A stretch of DNA of 64,000 nt from Camelus ferus (GCF_009834535.1 NC_045697.1:55740001-55804000); one strand, 5' to 3'. Numbered from the stretch's first letter, positions 38,971 through 52,975 are shown. A program made the numbers and translations. Notes: generated by a model from the letters alone, not told the origin.

Positions 38971-41089
38971 AAAAATGAATACTCTGTCAGGTTCAACAAC
39001 AGGGAAACTTCATAATATTGGTATCATAATATTTCAGAAATATTACAGACTCTCTAAGTAAGTAGACACAAATGATAAATATTTTTCTTACTATTTTTTT
39101 ATCCATATCTAGAGAATTTCTAACAGAAGATGCACAGAGTGATGCCAAAGAGTTGGCATGGGGCACACTTTAAGTTCCTCTTGATGGAAATCTCAAAAAG
39201 TGTGTTTTCTTGCTGTGAGGTCAAAGGGCCTTTCATTCACAGCTTGTGCTCTTAAGGAAATAGTTCCAAAAAGATTTTTTCCAAAAAGAAAAGCTAACTG
39301 CTAGTGGAATGAATTTAACTACAGATTTTTTTTTTTTTATCATTTTTAGATTTCAAAGAAACTAACACTCTTCCTTCTTTTTTTGTGACCTGGTTATAGA
39401 AGACATACTACCTGGAAAATAGTTTGCATTCAAAGAAAAATAAATAAACAAAATTGCAACACCTGGTTGAAAGTATTCTCATCAGTTAATTTGATGTTAA
39501 AAACTATGATATTTACTTGTCTTCACAGGTATTATTCCAAATATTGAAATAATTGAGACCAATAAAATGGCTAGACTACTTGCTCTCATCGAATTATATG
39601 GTTCAAAAAGAGTTTAAACAAATTTACTCAATGGGTTGTTTAAACTTGATATCTGACATATTAAAGTTCATAACGTGATGCGATGACTGTTTTGACAAAG
39701 AGTGAACAGTTAAGGACACCAATGAAAACAGAATAACTTTTCCTTGAGACTTGCCAATTAATTTCTCCTCACTTCAAATATATTTCTGTAGTTAGATAAC
39801 TAGATCTTGAATTTTCAAATAACAACACCATACACACATAAACACACCCCACACACATACACCACCCCACACACATATAAATTTTCAATCACTTGAGTCT
39901 TGTACATTTTTTTAAAAAATTACATTATGTCCACATAAACATAAGATTATCTGACATATTGTATTTCACTTGTCCATTCTTGTGATTATTTTTAAGAGAA
40001 TGCAAGCTCAAATATTTTAAACGGAATCACAGAGTAAATCAGGACTCCAGATAGATGCATCATTTTTATCCTTTGGCTTTGGACACTCCCTAAAAAAACG
40101 CTGCATCTCCAAGTTTAAGAAGCACAACCTGAGGTTATCTTGAACTTTATTTTTGTAAAATGTAAAGATTTCCCATGACAGACTGAGTGGTCACTGCTAC
40201 ACATTAACAAATATTAAAGAATTATAAACAGCTTAGCAATTATGAATGACATTAGTCAAAATTTGTAAGTGGAAAATAAACACTTATGAAATAGAATGGC
40301 AACTTCCAAAAATATGTTTTGGTCAATAATTGCAATGAAAATGGAAGTTTGTTTTGGTATGTGTTGTTATTGAGCTATATTAGGAGGAATGCCAACAGTG
40401 CCATAAATTCTAAACATAACTCCAGAATTGCTGGTAAGTCAATGAGAGCTATTTAACTACTGACTGAACTTCCTCTTAACCAGTGAATGAATTATGCTGT
40501 GAGTTAGAAATATATTTGTCACTCTATACATAGGGAGGTTTTAATACACAGGAAATATTTTCTCATAGAATTCAGTACTAAATTTCAGTCCAACTAAAGG
40601 TTATAAAGTCATGGTCCTCAAAATTTCTTTACCCATGACTTTTTCCAAGAAAAAAAAATCACTATGTGTTACTTGTCTTAAAATTGTATAAAATATTGTG
40701 AACAAAAATATATTTTACTTAGATATATTTATTTACTTGTAAATTATAATTTAGTTTATTAACTTGGTTTATTTAGATATACTCAAAATCTAAGAATACC
40801 CATGACTCCTGATGCCTTCAACTCATTCTGCTTTCCTTCCTTAGCACTTAGATTTATTATGGTTTGCAGACTTTCAGCAAGGATTGAAGGAGTGAAAAGG
40901 AGAAATAACCATAAAAGCAGTTCCTAGAGGGAAGTCAGGTTGAAATTATTTTTTTTTCATGTATTTGGAAATTACAAGGCAAATATACAGGTAAATTTCC
41001 TGACAAAATTGTTTGAGAGCTAATCATACATATTTTACCTTTATGATGAAGACTATAGTTCATATATTTGAAAATGCATCTCATAACTA

Positions 41090-41750
41090 AATAAACAAAC
41101 GTATCCTCAAATAAAGTAAAACTAGACCCAATGTACATACTGAGAGAAACACACAACTCCTATAAAATAAACTTTCCACAAAATGAAACTCATATCTGAT
41201 TGAGTTCCTAGGTCTAACTACCAATTTACAGAAAATAGAGAAGCCCAAGGAAGATGTTAAATTATGAAATTAGTAAATCTAAGTTTGACGAAATCCCATT
41301 GGACAAACAGCTAGTTAGAGGCAAATAATTTCTGGGGGTGGGGGAAATGGAAATAGAATCTACATATTAAAAAATAATTAAATTATTAAAAGAAACATGA
41401 TAAATTATAATGTATAGGACTTAGTTTGTCCCTGATTTGTACAAATGGTTAAAAAAAAAAGACAATCCTGGTAATACGAAAACTAATTGGACATTTTATT
41501 AACTATTATTATTAATGTAGTGGCTATATTTTAAAAAGTCATTTTTTTTAGCAATTAATACTTAAATATTTGCAGATGAAATATTGTGCTATCCAAAATT
41601 TACTTAGAAAAGAATCTGGGGATGTTGGAGATATTAGGGGGTTTTGATGTTAAAGTATACAAAATTAAAATGAATACATCGGCATTCATTATCTTAGTAT
41701 GTCTACTTTGTTAAGTGTGTGAAATTTTCCATAATGAAAGGTAGAAAGAT
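41090..41750 (+). mobile_element. Old L1M (L1MC/ME-type) 3' UTR
   Basis: ctaggtctaactaccaatttacagaaaata...cctgatttg.acaaa...atacttaaatatttgcagatgaaat...gaaattttccataat. Confidence 0.75.
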
Positions 41751-43299
41751 TTAAAAAGTAAGATTTGGAGACACAGACTGAACTCAGATAATTGGCAGGA
41801 AATGAGAAATTTTGAGTGTCACAGATAAATTTATTGCTGATAAAATATAGTAAGTCCAGACATGATGAATGTTTTGAAGTATACTTTAAAGAAAATCAAA
41901 TCAAGTAAGGTAACTGCTTTTTTAACATGTATTTAAACTTAATGTTAAAATAAAATACATTTTTGTTTCCTCTGACAAAAACTTATGAAAATCTTTTCAC
42001 AGAAGTAGCAGTTAAGGGTTGTTGGAAACTTCTGGAAGATTCCTTAGATGATAATCTTGTCTTTCTGCCTAATCCTCCACACATACTTTCCTCAGTGAAC
42101 AAACCTGCTTTGGCCCAGCTTTTACTTACGTCTTGTGTCCAGTTATGTGTCTTGTGGGCAATTTTTATTTGAATAAATATCTTATGTTCAGTACTGAAAA
42201 TCAGTATTTTTTGACTCTTCATTAAAAGCCTATTTAAAATATATCATAGGCCAGAAAAAATTGTCCTCTTGCCTTGAAGTCTTAGGGTTATAACTAATTA
42301 GGAAATCCTTTCTGATTCTAGCTGTAATATATGCAGTATCAGGATAGCAGGAATTTTGTCTTTTTTCAATTAGTCTCAAGACTTCGGTAATGCCAGATTT
42401 CACTCCCGAAGAACTGAACAAAGTTCCAGAATCTGGCTTATTTTATTACTGAATAAATCATTAAGAGGAGGCTAATTATAAAAGAGATTGCTGCTATTTA
42501 TGGCCAAATATATTTACAATCTCAACAGGCTGGAAATAAAGGAATTTTAAAATATTAAAAATATGTGACAAATAAATAGACATTTTGCTAATTTATTTTC
42601 TCCTGGGGTTTCCTCTGAATGTTGGTAACATTGTTTAAGGGAAAACTCATAAATTTCCTAGGGGATTCAATTCCAAAATTTAGCACTAATCTTATTATTA
42701 GTAATGTGATCATTGCATTTCACATTAAGATAGGTTTAAGTCATTTTGCTTTAATGTCAGCCTATCAATTTTTTAGCACCATATGAGCATTATGTAATTA
42801 AAGTGAATTATACAATTATGTGATATGAGATGCCTTGGTAGGTTTTACATCTAAAAATGGAACGATTTAATTTGAATTGATTGTTGTTTATATGCCATTT
42901 AACTACATGCATGAGCTGATCACATCATAAAGAAAAAGTACTTGCCACAGTGGCAATTACAGAACATTTAATTTGATATCCAAGGAACAGTTCGCCAAAT
43001 TAAAAGTTCTGGCCTTTAATCCAACAAATGTAAAACATGTATCTGGACTCTGTCACAGTATCTGTATTATTCCAGCAGGGCTAAAAAGATTAATGACACT
43101 TTGATGTTATATCAAAATATTAAAAGTGACCATAGAAAGAAAAAGAATCCTTTGGAGCTAGAGATGTAAATTCTAAAGATACTATTTCCTTCATAACTTT
43201 GCTAAATTTGTATATGTTTATACTCTACTTTCAAAGGTCACTAATGATATAATAATTACCATACTCAATATTTTCTCTGTTAATTTTCTTACCTTCCTC

Positions 43300-44200
43300 C
43301 CTGTCAGAATTTGCAATGTTGGCTTCCACTCAGGGAAATTCTCTTCCCCTGCATTCACACAGTCTTGTTTCTAACTCTTTTTTGGCACCTTTACTTCTTT
43401 TTAAGTGTTTTAAACACCTATGACAATGTGCTACCCCGTGTCCATATACATTATTTAAGATTCTAACTAACGTGACCAAAGTATCTACATAGAACTAAGA
43501 GACCGCTCAAAACAGCTCTTTTGGGTAGGCACCACCTTCATTCTGCGCTTTCTCGCTTCTCACTCTCTGGATGTGAAAGTTTTCCAGGTTTAAATTTCTG
43601 ACAACACTTACCCTCCAAAAGATTGAAACAATCTTACAATATTTATTTGACTCCTCATTTAAATTTTCACTTCATTTTCAACTAGCTTCAAGGCATTTCC
43701 GAACAAAAATTTTTAGTCCGTTCAAGTACAACATACCTAAAATGCAACTCATAATCCACTTCCCCACTCACGCCTATTCTTCTAATATTCCAAATTCAAC
43801 ACATTCAACACATTCAACACAGTCACTCAGACAAGAAAACTTTATATAGTCCTTAGTCAATACCTTTTCTTTGTCACCCATAACAAATAAGATATTATAA
43901 ACCAGAGCGTTCTCTTTTTAGTGCCACCCACAATTATATTTGCCTTTTAATTCACAGTACTACAAATTTAGCTCAGGATTCTGCCTCTTTATACATTCAG
44001 TTTATTGAAGTAGATCCCAACTTTATGCTCCTATCCTATTCTTTCTTCCTGGTCAACACATTATGAATAAAAAAAAAAAATATGACAGTTTTCACAAAAT
44101 GATTTTGTATTACTTCCCTTAATTAAAAAGCCTCAGTAGCAGTTCCATTATCTTAGGAATAAACTTTGTCTTCTGCACACTTGAAATTCTACCCTTGCTT
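43300..44200 (+). mobile_element. L2 fragments (degraded)
   Basis: Pyrimidine-rich L2-like segments, e.g. aggcatttccgaac...caacatacctaaaatgcaactcata...cagtcactcagacaagaaaact. Confidence 0.45.
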
Positions 44201-46139
44201 ATAGGAAAACTTCAAATCCTTTGCAAGTATCATAACCACCCCTCAATATGAACCCTTTAATCCCAACATGATAAAATGAAAAGCTTAAACAAAAAAGAGC
44301 AAAGACCGAGATGTTGTATTAACCATGGATCAAAGTGGTCATATGGAAAGCCAGATGATAAACATGAAAGTATAAATTAGGAACAATATATACAGGTTAT
44401 TGAATGTAAGAACAAGATTCATTTATATTATATTTCAGGCCACAAATCTGAAATTTGAAAGTTGAGAAAGAAAATTGTCCTCCAGAGGGTAATGACCTTG
44501 AACAACAGTTAAAAATTCCAGTTGTGGTAGACTAGAATTGAGCAACATATGTATAAGATGAACCTAAAGTCTTGGTCAAGTAGCCAAAGAGAAGTAAAGG
44601 TAGCACGGAACAAGATCATAATTAAGACGAATTTAAGTGTAACAGAGCAGGAGTGAGTCAAGTTGGTTTGGGTGAATATAGACACGGAAGTCTGTCTGAT
44701 AATTAGGACCAGGTAATCAGTGAATTAAAAAAAACGAAAAGGAAAATAAAAACAATAATATGAACTTATAAATGGTCAGAAAAACAATATTTAAAATGTA
44801 AAGTGTAATTTAAACTTGCCTATACTGTTGCTTTTGTATTCTGGCATGTACTTCCTTTGGCATCCAGAGAAATTTGGTTTAGGATCCAATTTCTTCTATC
44901 TCCTATTTACACTAGATGTGTGTTCTGCATGTAATATGCTTAGCACAGTACTTGGCACAAATTAAATAATTAATAAATGGAAGTTGTAAATATTATTTCT
45001 CCTACATGTTAGTGGGAAAACTCAATTTTTAGGTAAACTTTTGCATTCTGGATACATCACTTTTACCCCACATAAGTAGTCATAAAAATATTTGTGGGTC
45101 AAAACTTTAAATTAAAAATAATTGTCTGAAAGTAATCTGTAATATCATTTTTTGGGGGGGGATAAATAAGGATGTAATAAGGTCATCCTTCAGTTAATTG
45201 GGAAAACTTGTTACATTATGGAATATGTGTTCCTTCATTCTGTTTTGTACCTGAAATGACGGGTCTCAATGTCTGTACATTATGTCATCTGGTTACATGA
45301 CAAAATCATACAGAAATTTCCTCTTGGAGCCTAAGAAATCCAGTCTTAGTGACTGCCACATATATATATCCACTAGGGAGGCCACCTCTTTAGTTTAATT
45401 CAAAACCACCCTATTCTTAAGGGAATTTTTTTTATAAATAGCTTACTTTTTTAAGCTTTATAATGTATTCCAAATATACTATTGGAAAGCAAATTATAAA
45501 TAGGTAAATAGCCCCAATATTTATAAATATATATGTAAAATAACTTGATGATATTATGTTCTAAAATTTGAAGCTGAGCCCTATCTTAGGTTTTTGTGGG
45601 GTCCCCTTTTGTTACATTTCAACTTTACCTATTATTCTTACCATATAGGAGAAGATCTGTTTTGGCATCAGTACATCAAAAAAAATCTATTTGTTTTATT
45701 TTATCCCAAATGTCAATTCAATGTCAATTAAATGGCATGCTTACTAATGAAGCTAATACAAGATTTGTTTCTTGTTCTTCAATTTTTCTGAGGAAATCAA
45801 CACCAAAGAGATGAAAGACAAAATATTTTGAATATTACACAGATTAAAGAAAACACAAGATGGAATATACGTCTTCTTCCAAAAAACAGCATTTCTATAC
45901 TGAGCACCCATGAGATGATTCTGCCCCATATCCATTATTTCATCCTTTGGTTAATTCATTTATTATTTTAATTTCATCTAATATTAAAGTGTTTGATTAT
46001 TTCTGTTTTATCTTGAAAACTGTTAAATATGTGTATCATGTAAAATATAAATAAATAGCAAAACAGTAAATAGGAAAGAATAAAAATTAAAACCTTTGAT
46101 TACCCCTGCCTCCCTACCCCTTCCTAAAAAAGATAGGAA

Positions 46140-46640
46140 AGAAAAGAAAATAAAATTGAAAAATCAGATTGAATTGAATAAAGGGAAAGTACAAAAATGT
46201 GCTAAAAACAAATCTTAACACACTGTCGATAATACCAACAATGTGAATCAGGGGCAGACCATTTGACTATAAAATAACAATGGAACTAATTTCACTAAAT
46301 TAAAGACATAGATTTGCAGATGAGATAAATTAGAATTAATAAGTATAAACTGCTTACAATGACACAAATAAAATGTAAGCTCTTAGAAACTTTTAAAGTA
46401 AAAATGAGAAAAGCTACTCCACTAAAATAACAAAAGTCTATTGGGAAGATGCTGGATTGCTGAGGAATAGCAATATTAATATCATCTATCTATTTCTTTG
46501 TCCATAACATAGTTGATTATTTGTGATTTTAAAAAATATGATCTCTATATAGTAACAGAAGAAAAACATCACCAGGAGTTTTGAGCAATTCTACAATTCT
46601 CTACTATTCCTAAAGTACCCCACAGTATAGAGAGCTGAAC
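46140..46640 (+). mobile_element. Old L1M ORF2 endonuclease-region fragment
   Basis: aattaaagacatagatttgcaga...tgcttacaatgacaca...aaagtaaaaatgagaaaag...tagcaatattaatatca. Confidence 0.55.
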
Positions 46641-48127
46641 TTGACAGAATTAATTTCAGTTTCATAAGATATTTTGACACACATTTTGTAGTAATGGATA
46701 ACATCACAAATGAGTATGTAATGATCTAAACTACACAATTGATTATATAAGGGAGATATGTTGGCAAAATATTAATTATTACTAAAGCTAGAGACAGATA
46801 CCTGACAAGATTTGTTATATTAAACTTTAAATACATAAAAAATCTTGTGAAATAGAGATTGGCCATAAATAGCAAATTGATTAATCAATTTTATACAAAG
46901 CATCTATCAGTCAAGTAATAAACTATATAAACACAATCAGATGAATCATTGGTTTGATACTGAGAGCAACATTCATTTCAGTAATTTCCATTTCTTGCCT
47001 TTTGGTGTATATGACTTGGTTTTAGACTGATATATTGATGTCTTTTCAGAGATTTGTAAAAATCCATGTTGTAGATTCCAAGAAGATATGGAAATATGCC
47101 TAGTAAAGACAATTATCCCAGAAATGTTTCAAGAGGCAACAGAAGCATATCAAGAAGGCATTAAATACATCCATGATTTCCTGGTGATAAAGCTTCTGTT
47201 ACATTGTTATTGAACACTGTGATAATGACAGCAGGAGAAATGCTTTAAAGAGTTGGACAGAAATACAGATGGCTTCTCTCTAGGTCATTTTATATTCCTC
47301 ACTAGTCTATCTAGTTCAACCAGTGTTTCATATAGAGCTAACACTGGTAATTAATCATTTTTCTTATATTTGCATGTATTACCATTTGGATATGGTGGAG
47401 CTAATGATGCAATAACAAAAAGAGACTAAAATTGTTTCTACTTACAAGATCTTCTGAATAATAAACTCAATGATTTACTACTACTGTTGCTTCTAAATAC
47501 TTCTTGAAGTTGTAATATCCCTTCAATGCACAGATGTAATATTCTGCATGAAATACTGTATGTAACATTCTTCTATGCAGAAAAGAGGAGAATTCCTTTG
47601 AAAAGAGAAAAATTCCTTTAATGATAGTAGCCTAGAATCCTTTCACCTGAATTTGCATCATACAGATTTACATTTGATTTTCAGTGACTGGCTTATGTTA
47701 CATATACTTCTGTACTATATATATATATGTACACACACAATTTTTAATTCATATGTAAATAGTGCAATGTGTTAGGACAAATGGATAAAAATACTAAATA
47801 AACAAAGGACATATTTCTTTCTAAAATAGTGTATGTTTATTTATTTGTATGCATACATATATATATATACACACATATATATGTAACAAAAATAACAGTA
47901 TCATGCTGATTATTTTGTTAAATATAGTCTATTAATACATGTATTGTGTCATTCTATGTTATTATATATCCTTATTCTACACAATTTTAATAGCTATTGA
48001 ATGTTTTCTTATAGTATTTTCTCTAAGTTGTAATTAAAAGTAAATGTTTTCTACTACCTCCAACACATTCACTCTCTAGCCCAGAGATAATCCTTTTTAA
48101 TTATTTTTCTTTACTGTTATTTCAGTG

Positions 48128-48400
48128 TCCAGTGGAGATTACTTGCTGCTTATCCCAATATGTGTTCTCACCATCTTTTGACTTATCCTTAGTTAGACCT
48201 ATTGCCAAAAGAAGAAAAACTGTATTTTGTAACTTGTCTTGCATGGGAGAGTTCATTTAATTAAAATTTGGTCCCTGAAATACAAACAGAAATTTATGAA
48301 CTAATTCAGAGAAGTGTTCTTAATGAGAACAGACACACTCAATCTTCTGCTCCTTTCATTTTCTTGTAAACCTACATTAAAAATTAATGCTTGGGTATCA
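48128..48400 (+). mobile_element. MaLR LTR 5' part, MLT1J-like
   Basis: tgctgcttatcccaatatgtgttctcacc...aaaaactgtattttgtaacttgtcttgca...tgaaatacaaacagaa. Confidence 0.5.
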
Positions 48401-48439
48401 TCATATTCGTTATGCTAAAAAAGCATTTTGTCTTTATAA

Positions 48440-48902
48440 AAAAGTAGAAAATCTAAAAATAAATATAAAAGCAGAGATTCATAAAATAAAAAGACATAAA
48501 TCAAAAGAAAGATGCCAAAATGTTTGAAATAACATTATTAAAACTGATAAATGCCTACCAAGATTGATATAATAAGAGAAAAGATAAATTACTTAATATT
48601 GGTGATGATCTTACTATAATATCACTGCAAATCTGCAGACATCAAAAAGATATTTAGAGAGGATATTATAAATGCATGGCAAAAATCTGACAATGTGGAA
48701 AAATGGACAAATTCTTGGAAAAATGTATCTTAATAAAGATAACAGCAGAAGAAATGGACATTTAGGGTAGTCTGATTATCTATTAAAGAAATAAAATCTG
48801 CTGTTAAAAACCTTTCATAAAAAGTAAAAAATAAAAAAATAGAAGAAAACAAACTGAAATTCACAGGCACAGATAGATTCAATTATAGCTTCTTCCAAAC
48901 TA
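48440..48902 (+). mobile_element. Old L1M ORF2 fragment (between EN and RT)
   Basis: aaaactgataaatgccta.caagattgat...cagacatcaaaaagata...aaatggacaaattcttggaaaaa...tattaaagaaat...caggcacagatagattca. Confidence 0.8.
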
Positions 48903-49729
48903 TGAACTTTCCAAATTTTCTCAGAGCAGTGGGAAAAGAGTTTAAGATGTTTATTTTATGTGCTTACAGAAGTAATAATTGGGAGAGGAAGCATTCTGTA
49001 GTCTTTATAAATCAACTGTGTTATGAGAATTTTCCAGACTTGCCACACTGTAATCTCTTTTCTAAGAAATATAGGAAGTCAGTCTTTACATGCTCAGCAG
49101 GAAAAAGGAAAAGCATAATATGGTATCTCTGTCAATCACTGAACTGAAAGAGGCTGGTCACCACAAGAGAGAAAAAAATAGTAACACAATTCTTTCCAGG
49201 TAATTTGACAACAGTTGAAATTTATCTCTGCTTTTCATAGACAAAACAGAGCGGGGGATGAAGAGGCTTTTGCAATTCTCCTGTAACTTCAAGGCCTGAA
49301 AAAAGAGGGCTGGGAAATTGACTGCTGTTAATATCTGATTAAATACTTAATGCTTTCTTAAGTAGAAAATAAAGCTTTCAAAAAAACTTTATAATCTCTC
49401 TCTTGGATTTCCAAATTTTTCAGCCACTCTCTTACGAAAAGCTTTTAATTAATTTGGGAACTAGACAGGACATTTACACAAACATTTCATAAAAATAAAT
49501 AAGAGATGTGGCTTGTACTGAGTCATATCGATGGAGATGGAAAATACATAAAGTATATTTGGAGAAAATGTTTAGAAGATAAGACAGCAGGGTCTAGCTA
49601 GAAGTTTGGATACACAGGTTGAAAGCAAGAGAGGAATACAGGGTTCCACATACATTTTTTTATTTTTCTTCAGGCCACCTATTCTACTTTTCCTCATTTA
49701 TCTGAGTCTGTTCATGCACTGTTACTCCA

Positions 49730-50320
49730 TATCAGTTTGTTATTTGAAGCAAATAACAAAATAACTCATCCCCACTTACATAGAACACACTTTTATTGAG
49801 TGTTTGGTGGCTAAGGGTGTCACTAAAAAGGTGCTAAACTAAATTTGAGAACTGTCAGAAACAAGAGACATGAGGCAGCTGCTGGACTGATGGAAATTAG
49901 ATTCGAGAACCAGGCCCATGTGGAAAAGAGCTGTCCTGCTGCAGCTGGGGCTGCATTCGCTGCTGCTGCAGGAGAGTGAAGACTTCGGCAGTTGCTGCTG
50001 CCGCTGCGGAACCTGTTATCTGGATGCTACCACTTCTGTCAGCACCACTGGGATGTTTTCTCTGTCTCTTTTCTCTTAAAACTAGCTCCTGATTCAGTTT
50101 GAAGATAGAACGGGGAGGAATCTGACCAGTTGAATCTAGATCATGTACAAGCTCCCCTGCTTTAAGGATCACGGGAAAAAAAAATCTGTATCTAGCTTTT
50201 CTGACTTCTACAGTGAGATATGGGGTTTGACTACCTGCAAGACTCATTATGTTGAAAAATTCCTCAGTGATAGAAAAGGTTTCAGATGCCCCCAAGCCAA
50301 AAGCTGAAAAATATTTACAA
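49730..50320 (-). mobile_element. Old MaLR LTR (MLT1K-N-like)
   Basis: gaagcaaataacaaaa..actc; gaatctgaccagttgaatctagatcatgt; ggtttcagatgcc...agccaaaa. Confidence 0.6.
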
Positions 50321-50454
50321 GAATTTTCTTCTTTACTTACTACTTAAATAGTGTTGTTGATCAGGACATCACTTTTAGACTGTTTCTCTTCTTTCTTTTT
50401 TGTCTTGTTTTCTTATACACATTCATGACTTCTAAGGTCTATATGCTAAAACTC

Positions 50455-51680
50455 TACAGGATCAGCCCAGACATATGACTTGATGGGTTCAAAAGAACTG
50501 AGACCACAGTGGTCAGCTTCAGAGCCAAGATTACTTGGTGTTCTATGGTCAAGTATTCTATCTCTATCAGTCCTCAGCCACGTGCCAGTAGCTGTTTTCA
50601 ATAGACAAATAATTCTTTGCTACAGATTGCAGAGCCTTGTTCTAGCGACCTGTGTTTTCAGTCTTTTCCAGGGTTTGCCATAAACACTACACAGCATTTT
50701 TTTCTTAAATAATGATTCATGCAGCACAATACTACATGTTGCTGGAGCATCTAGCCCATGGGGAAAGACTGCTTGCATCACAACCTGCATACACCCAGAG
50801 CCTTCCTTGTTACCTTGTATATGGACCAGAGCAGCATTCCCATGAGTGAAATGTTAACTTTCATAATGTGTAAGGATCTATTAAATGTTGTGCCTACTTC
50901 TTTGCAGTAAAATACAAGGTGGTACAATTTTTCTGTTTATTTGAAAGAATTACCCATCATGCCTCTGACCAACAGATCTCTAAATACTTCATTGAAATGG
51001 CATGTCCCTGAATTTTTAAATTTTTACTTATTTTTTTTTAATTTTCAGGTTTTTTTTATTGTTTATGTCTCTGAATTTCTGTAGAGCTTAATTCCACCCT
51101 TTGAATCAGGTGGGTCTCACAGGTCTCCCAGTACTGTAGCAATCCTTTGTTTTTGCTGTACAGTCAGCATGATGCCTCAACACAGTAGCTCAATGTGATA
51201 TGATGTCTGGGGGATCCAGAGTCCTTCAGAACGTAAATTAACTCTGCTTATAAGTCCAATGTCCCTAAGAGGAGGTGGGAGTATTTCATGAAAGGAGCAC
51301 CTGTTACCTTGCTGAGGAAAACTTTATTTAATCTTTCCACACAGAGAAGTATGAAAAGAATGGGGAACCAAAATCTTTTGAGTTATCCCTATCAGCAGCT
51401 CAAGTTTTCTGAGTAAGAGACCTGATCTTGGCATAGTTGGTTTGCTTGGGTTGAGAATTCAATTATCTTTAAGTTCAGCATTCTGAATTTAAATCCTAGA
51501 GTTGATGTTTAGCATTTTCTCCTTACCTACTGCCTAACATGAGGTTTCTTGTAAATTACTAAAGAGACTCTCTGATTCTCATATTTAGTTTTATTTGCCT
51601 CTTAATTGCCCTCACTTTTTAATCCATCTTTGGGAAAAGAATGTAAACATGCCAGCCCAAAGGGGAGTTCTGAAGCAAAG
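50455..51680 (-). mobile_element. ERVL-class (HERV16/ERV3-16A3-like) internal gag-pro-pol remnants
   Basis: Minus-strand peptides KIQGHAISMKYLEICWS, GMLLWSIY, AV*CLWQ, NKALQSVAKNY and KQLLARG*GLIEIEYLTIEHQV...NPSSH match ERVL pol. LLGTLDL*AELI near 51240-51275 resembles the protease motif GLLDTGSELT. Confidence 0.85.
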
Positions 51681-51915
51681 ATCACTCCTCAGAGAAATGG
51701 CATGTTGGACAAAAATATTTAGGTTCTTGTACCACCAGCACCTCAGTCATTGACTAGGAGCCCCGCTAGAAAAAAAAAGCACCTCTCATAGGACCCCAAG
51801 GCAGATCCTGAGGGTGCAGACAATTGGAGTCTGTCTGCTAATCACTCTTCTGCAGCTGGTAAGTGAATGCTTTCTGGAAGGGGCCCTTGGAGGTCCAAGT
51901 AAGTGTCTGCCATAT
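51680..51915 (-). mobile_element. LTR16-like LTR (5' LTR of the adjacent ERVL remnant)
   Basis: cagtcattg; ggcagatcctga.gg.gc.gaca..tggag.ctgtctgcta..cactc...gcagctgg; gtgtctgccata end. Confidence 0.7.
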
Positions 51916-52809
51916 AAATATTCATGATAATAAGTCAAATATTTTTTTTAAAGTATCACCTTATTTAAATTTTAATTTGAATGAAAAGCAACAACATATT
52001 GTCAACAAGATTAATATAGATATTGAGTTTGAGAAAATGCAAAACCTAACAAAAAAGGGCTTTCAAATAAATTTTAGAAGTATAATATCTTTTCCTTTGC
52101 CCAAATTAGGAGTAGTCAAAGAATGCTGCTTTCTGTTGGACAAATCTATTTATCTATCACAAATGTTTTACTGACCATATCATAAACTATATTATTTTTG
52201 TTAGATGTTAGTATATAAATGTATTGTGTTACATTTTAAATATGTGACTCGAAGGATTTAACGTAAATGAGAAAATACATTCTGATGAACATTACATTCT
52301 TCTTGCCCAAAGTATTGGTTAAATTCAAGACAAGGTTATAAACACTTCCTGCCTCTATCCATCTTATTGCACAATGAAAACCTCTTATTAGGGGTTCCTA
52401 ATTACTGCAAGGTTTATTTAGGAGGTAGTTATGCCTGGAAATACTTGATTTCTACTCCTGTGGCCTTTGACAAAGAGGCTCCAAGTGGATTTTTAAAATC
52501 TCATGGTGGGCACTTATTATTCTTAGCAAATTCAGTAAAATATACTAGCAAATTAGCTTCTGTCTCCTGGCTGGCCTCAGACTACATAATAAAAGTATCC
52601 TATTATAAAGCTTACATTGATTTTACATAAAACCTTTCTATTTAAGAAAATTAGAACCTAACATTGAATTCAAAGCTCATTATTACTTCAGGGAAGTTGA
52701 ATGTAAGCGAAATTTTCCTTTGAAATGAATTTTTCTTATGACATACACCAAAATTTAGGTTAATATTTTACAGGAACATTTGCATTTGCTGTATAATCAC
52801 TTTTATTTT

Positions 52810-52975
52810 GCTTCTCCTATTAATCTACTGAGGTTAGGTTGTAGGAACATTATCCTAACTTTTCAGTAAATGAATTCAAGTTGAATAGAGGCTTGTGGTT
52901 AGTGATATAGAGCCCATTAGTCGTAGATCTAAAAAAGAGGATGTGTGGGATACAAACCAAAGTCTTTCTTCTGCA
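52810..52975 (-). mobile_element. MIR SINE (degraded)
   Basis: aatctactgaggttagg...cattatcctaacttttcagtaaatgaa...gggatacaaaccaaagtct. Confidence 0.5.

Noticed and set aside
49897..50295. 132-aa ORF with Ala/Gln runs
   Set aside because: Lies wholly within an old MLT1 LTR; the runs come from its (CTG)-rich segment.
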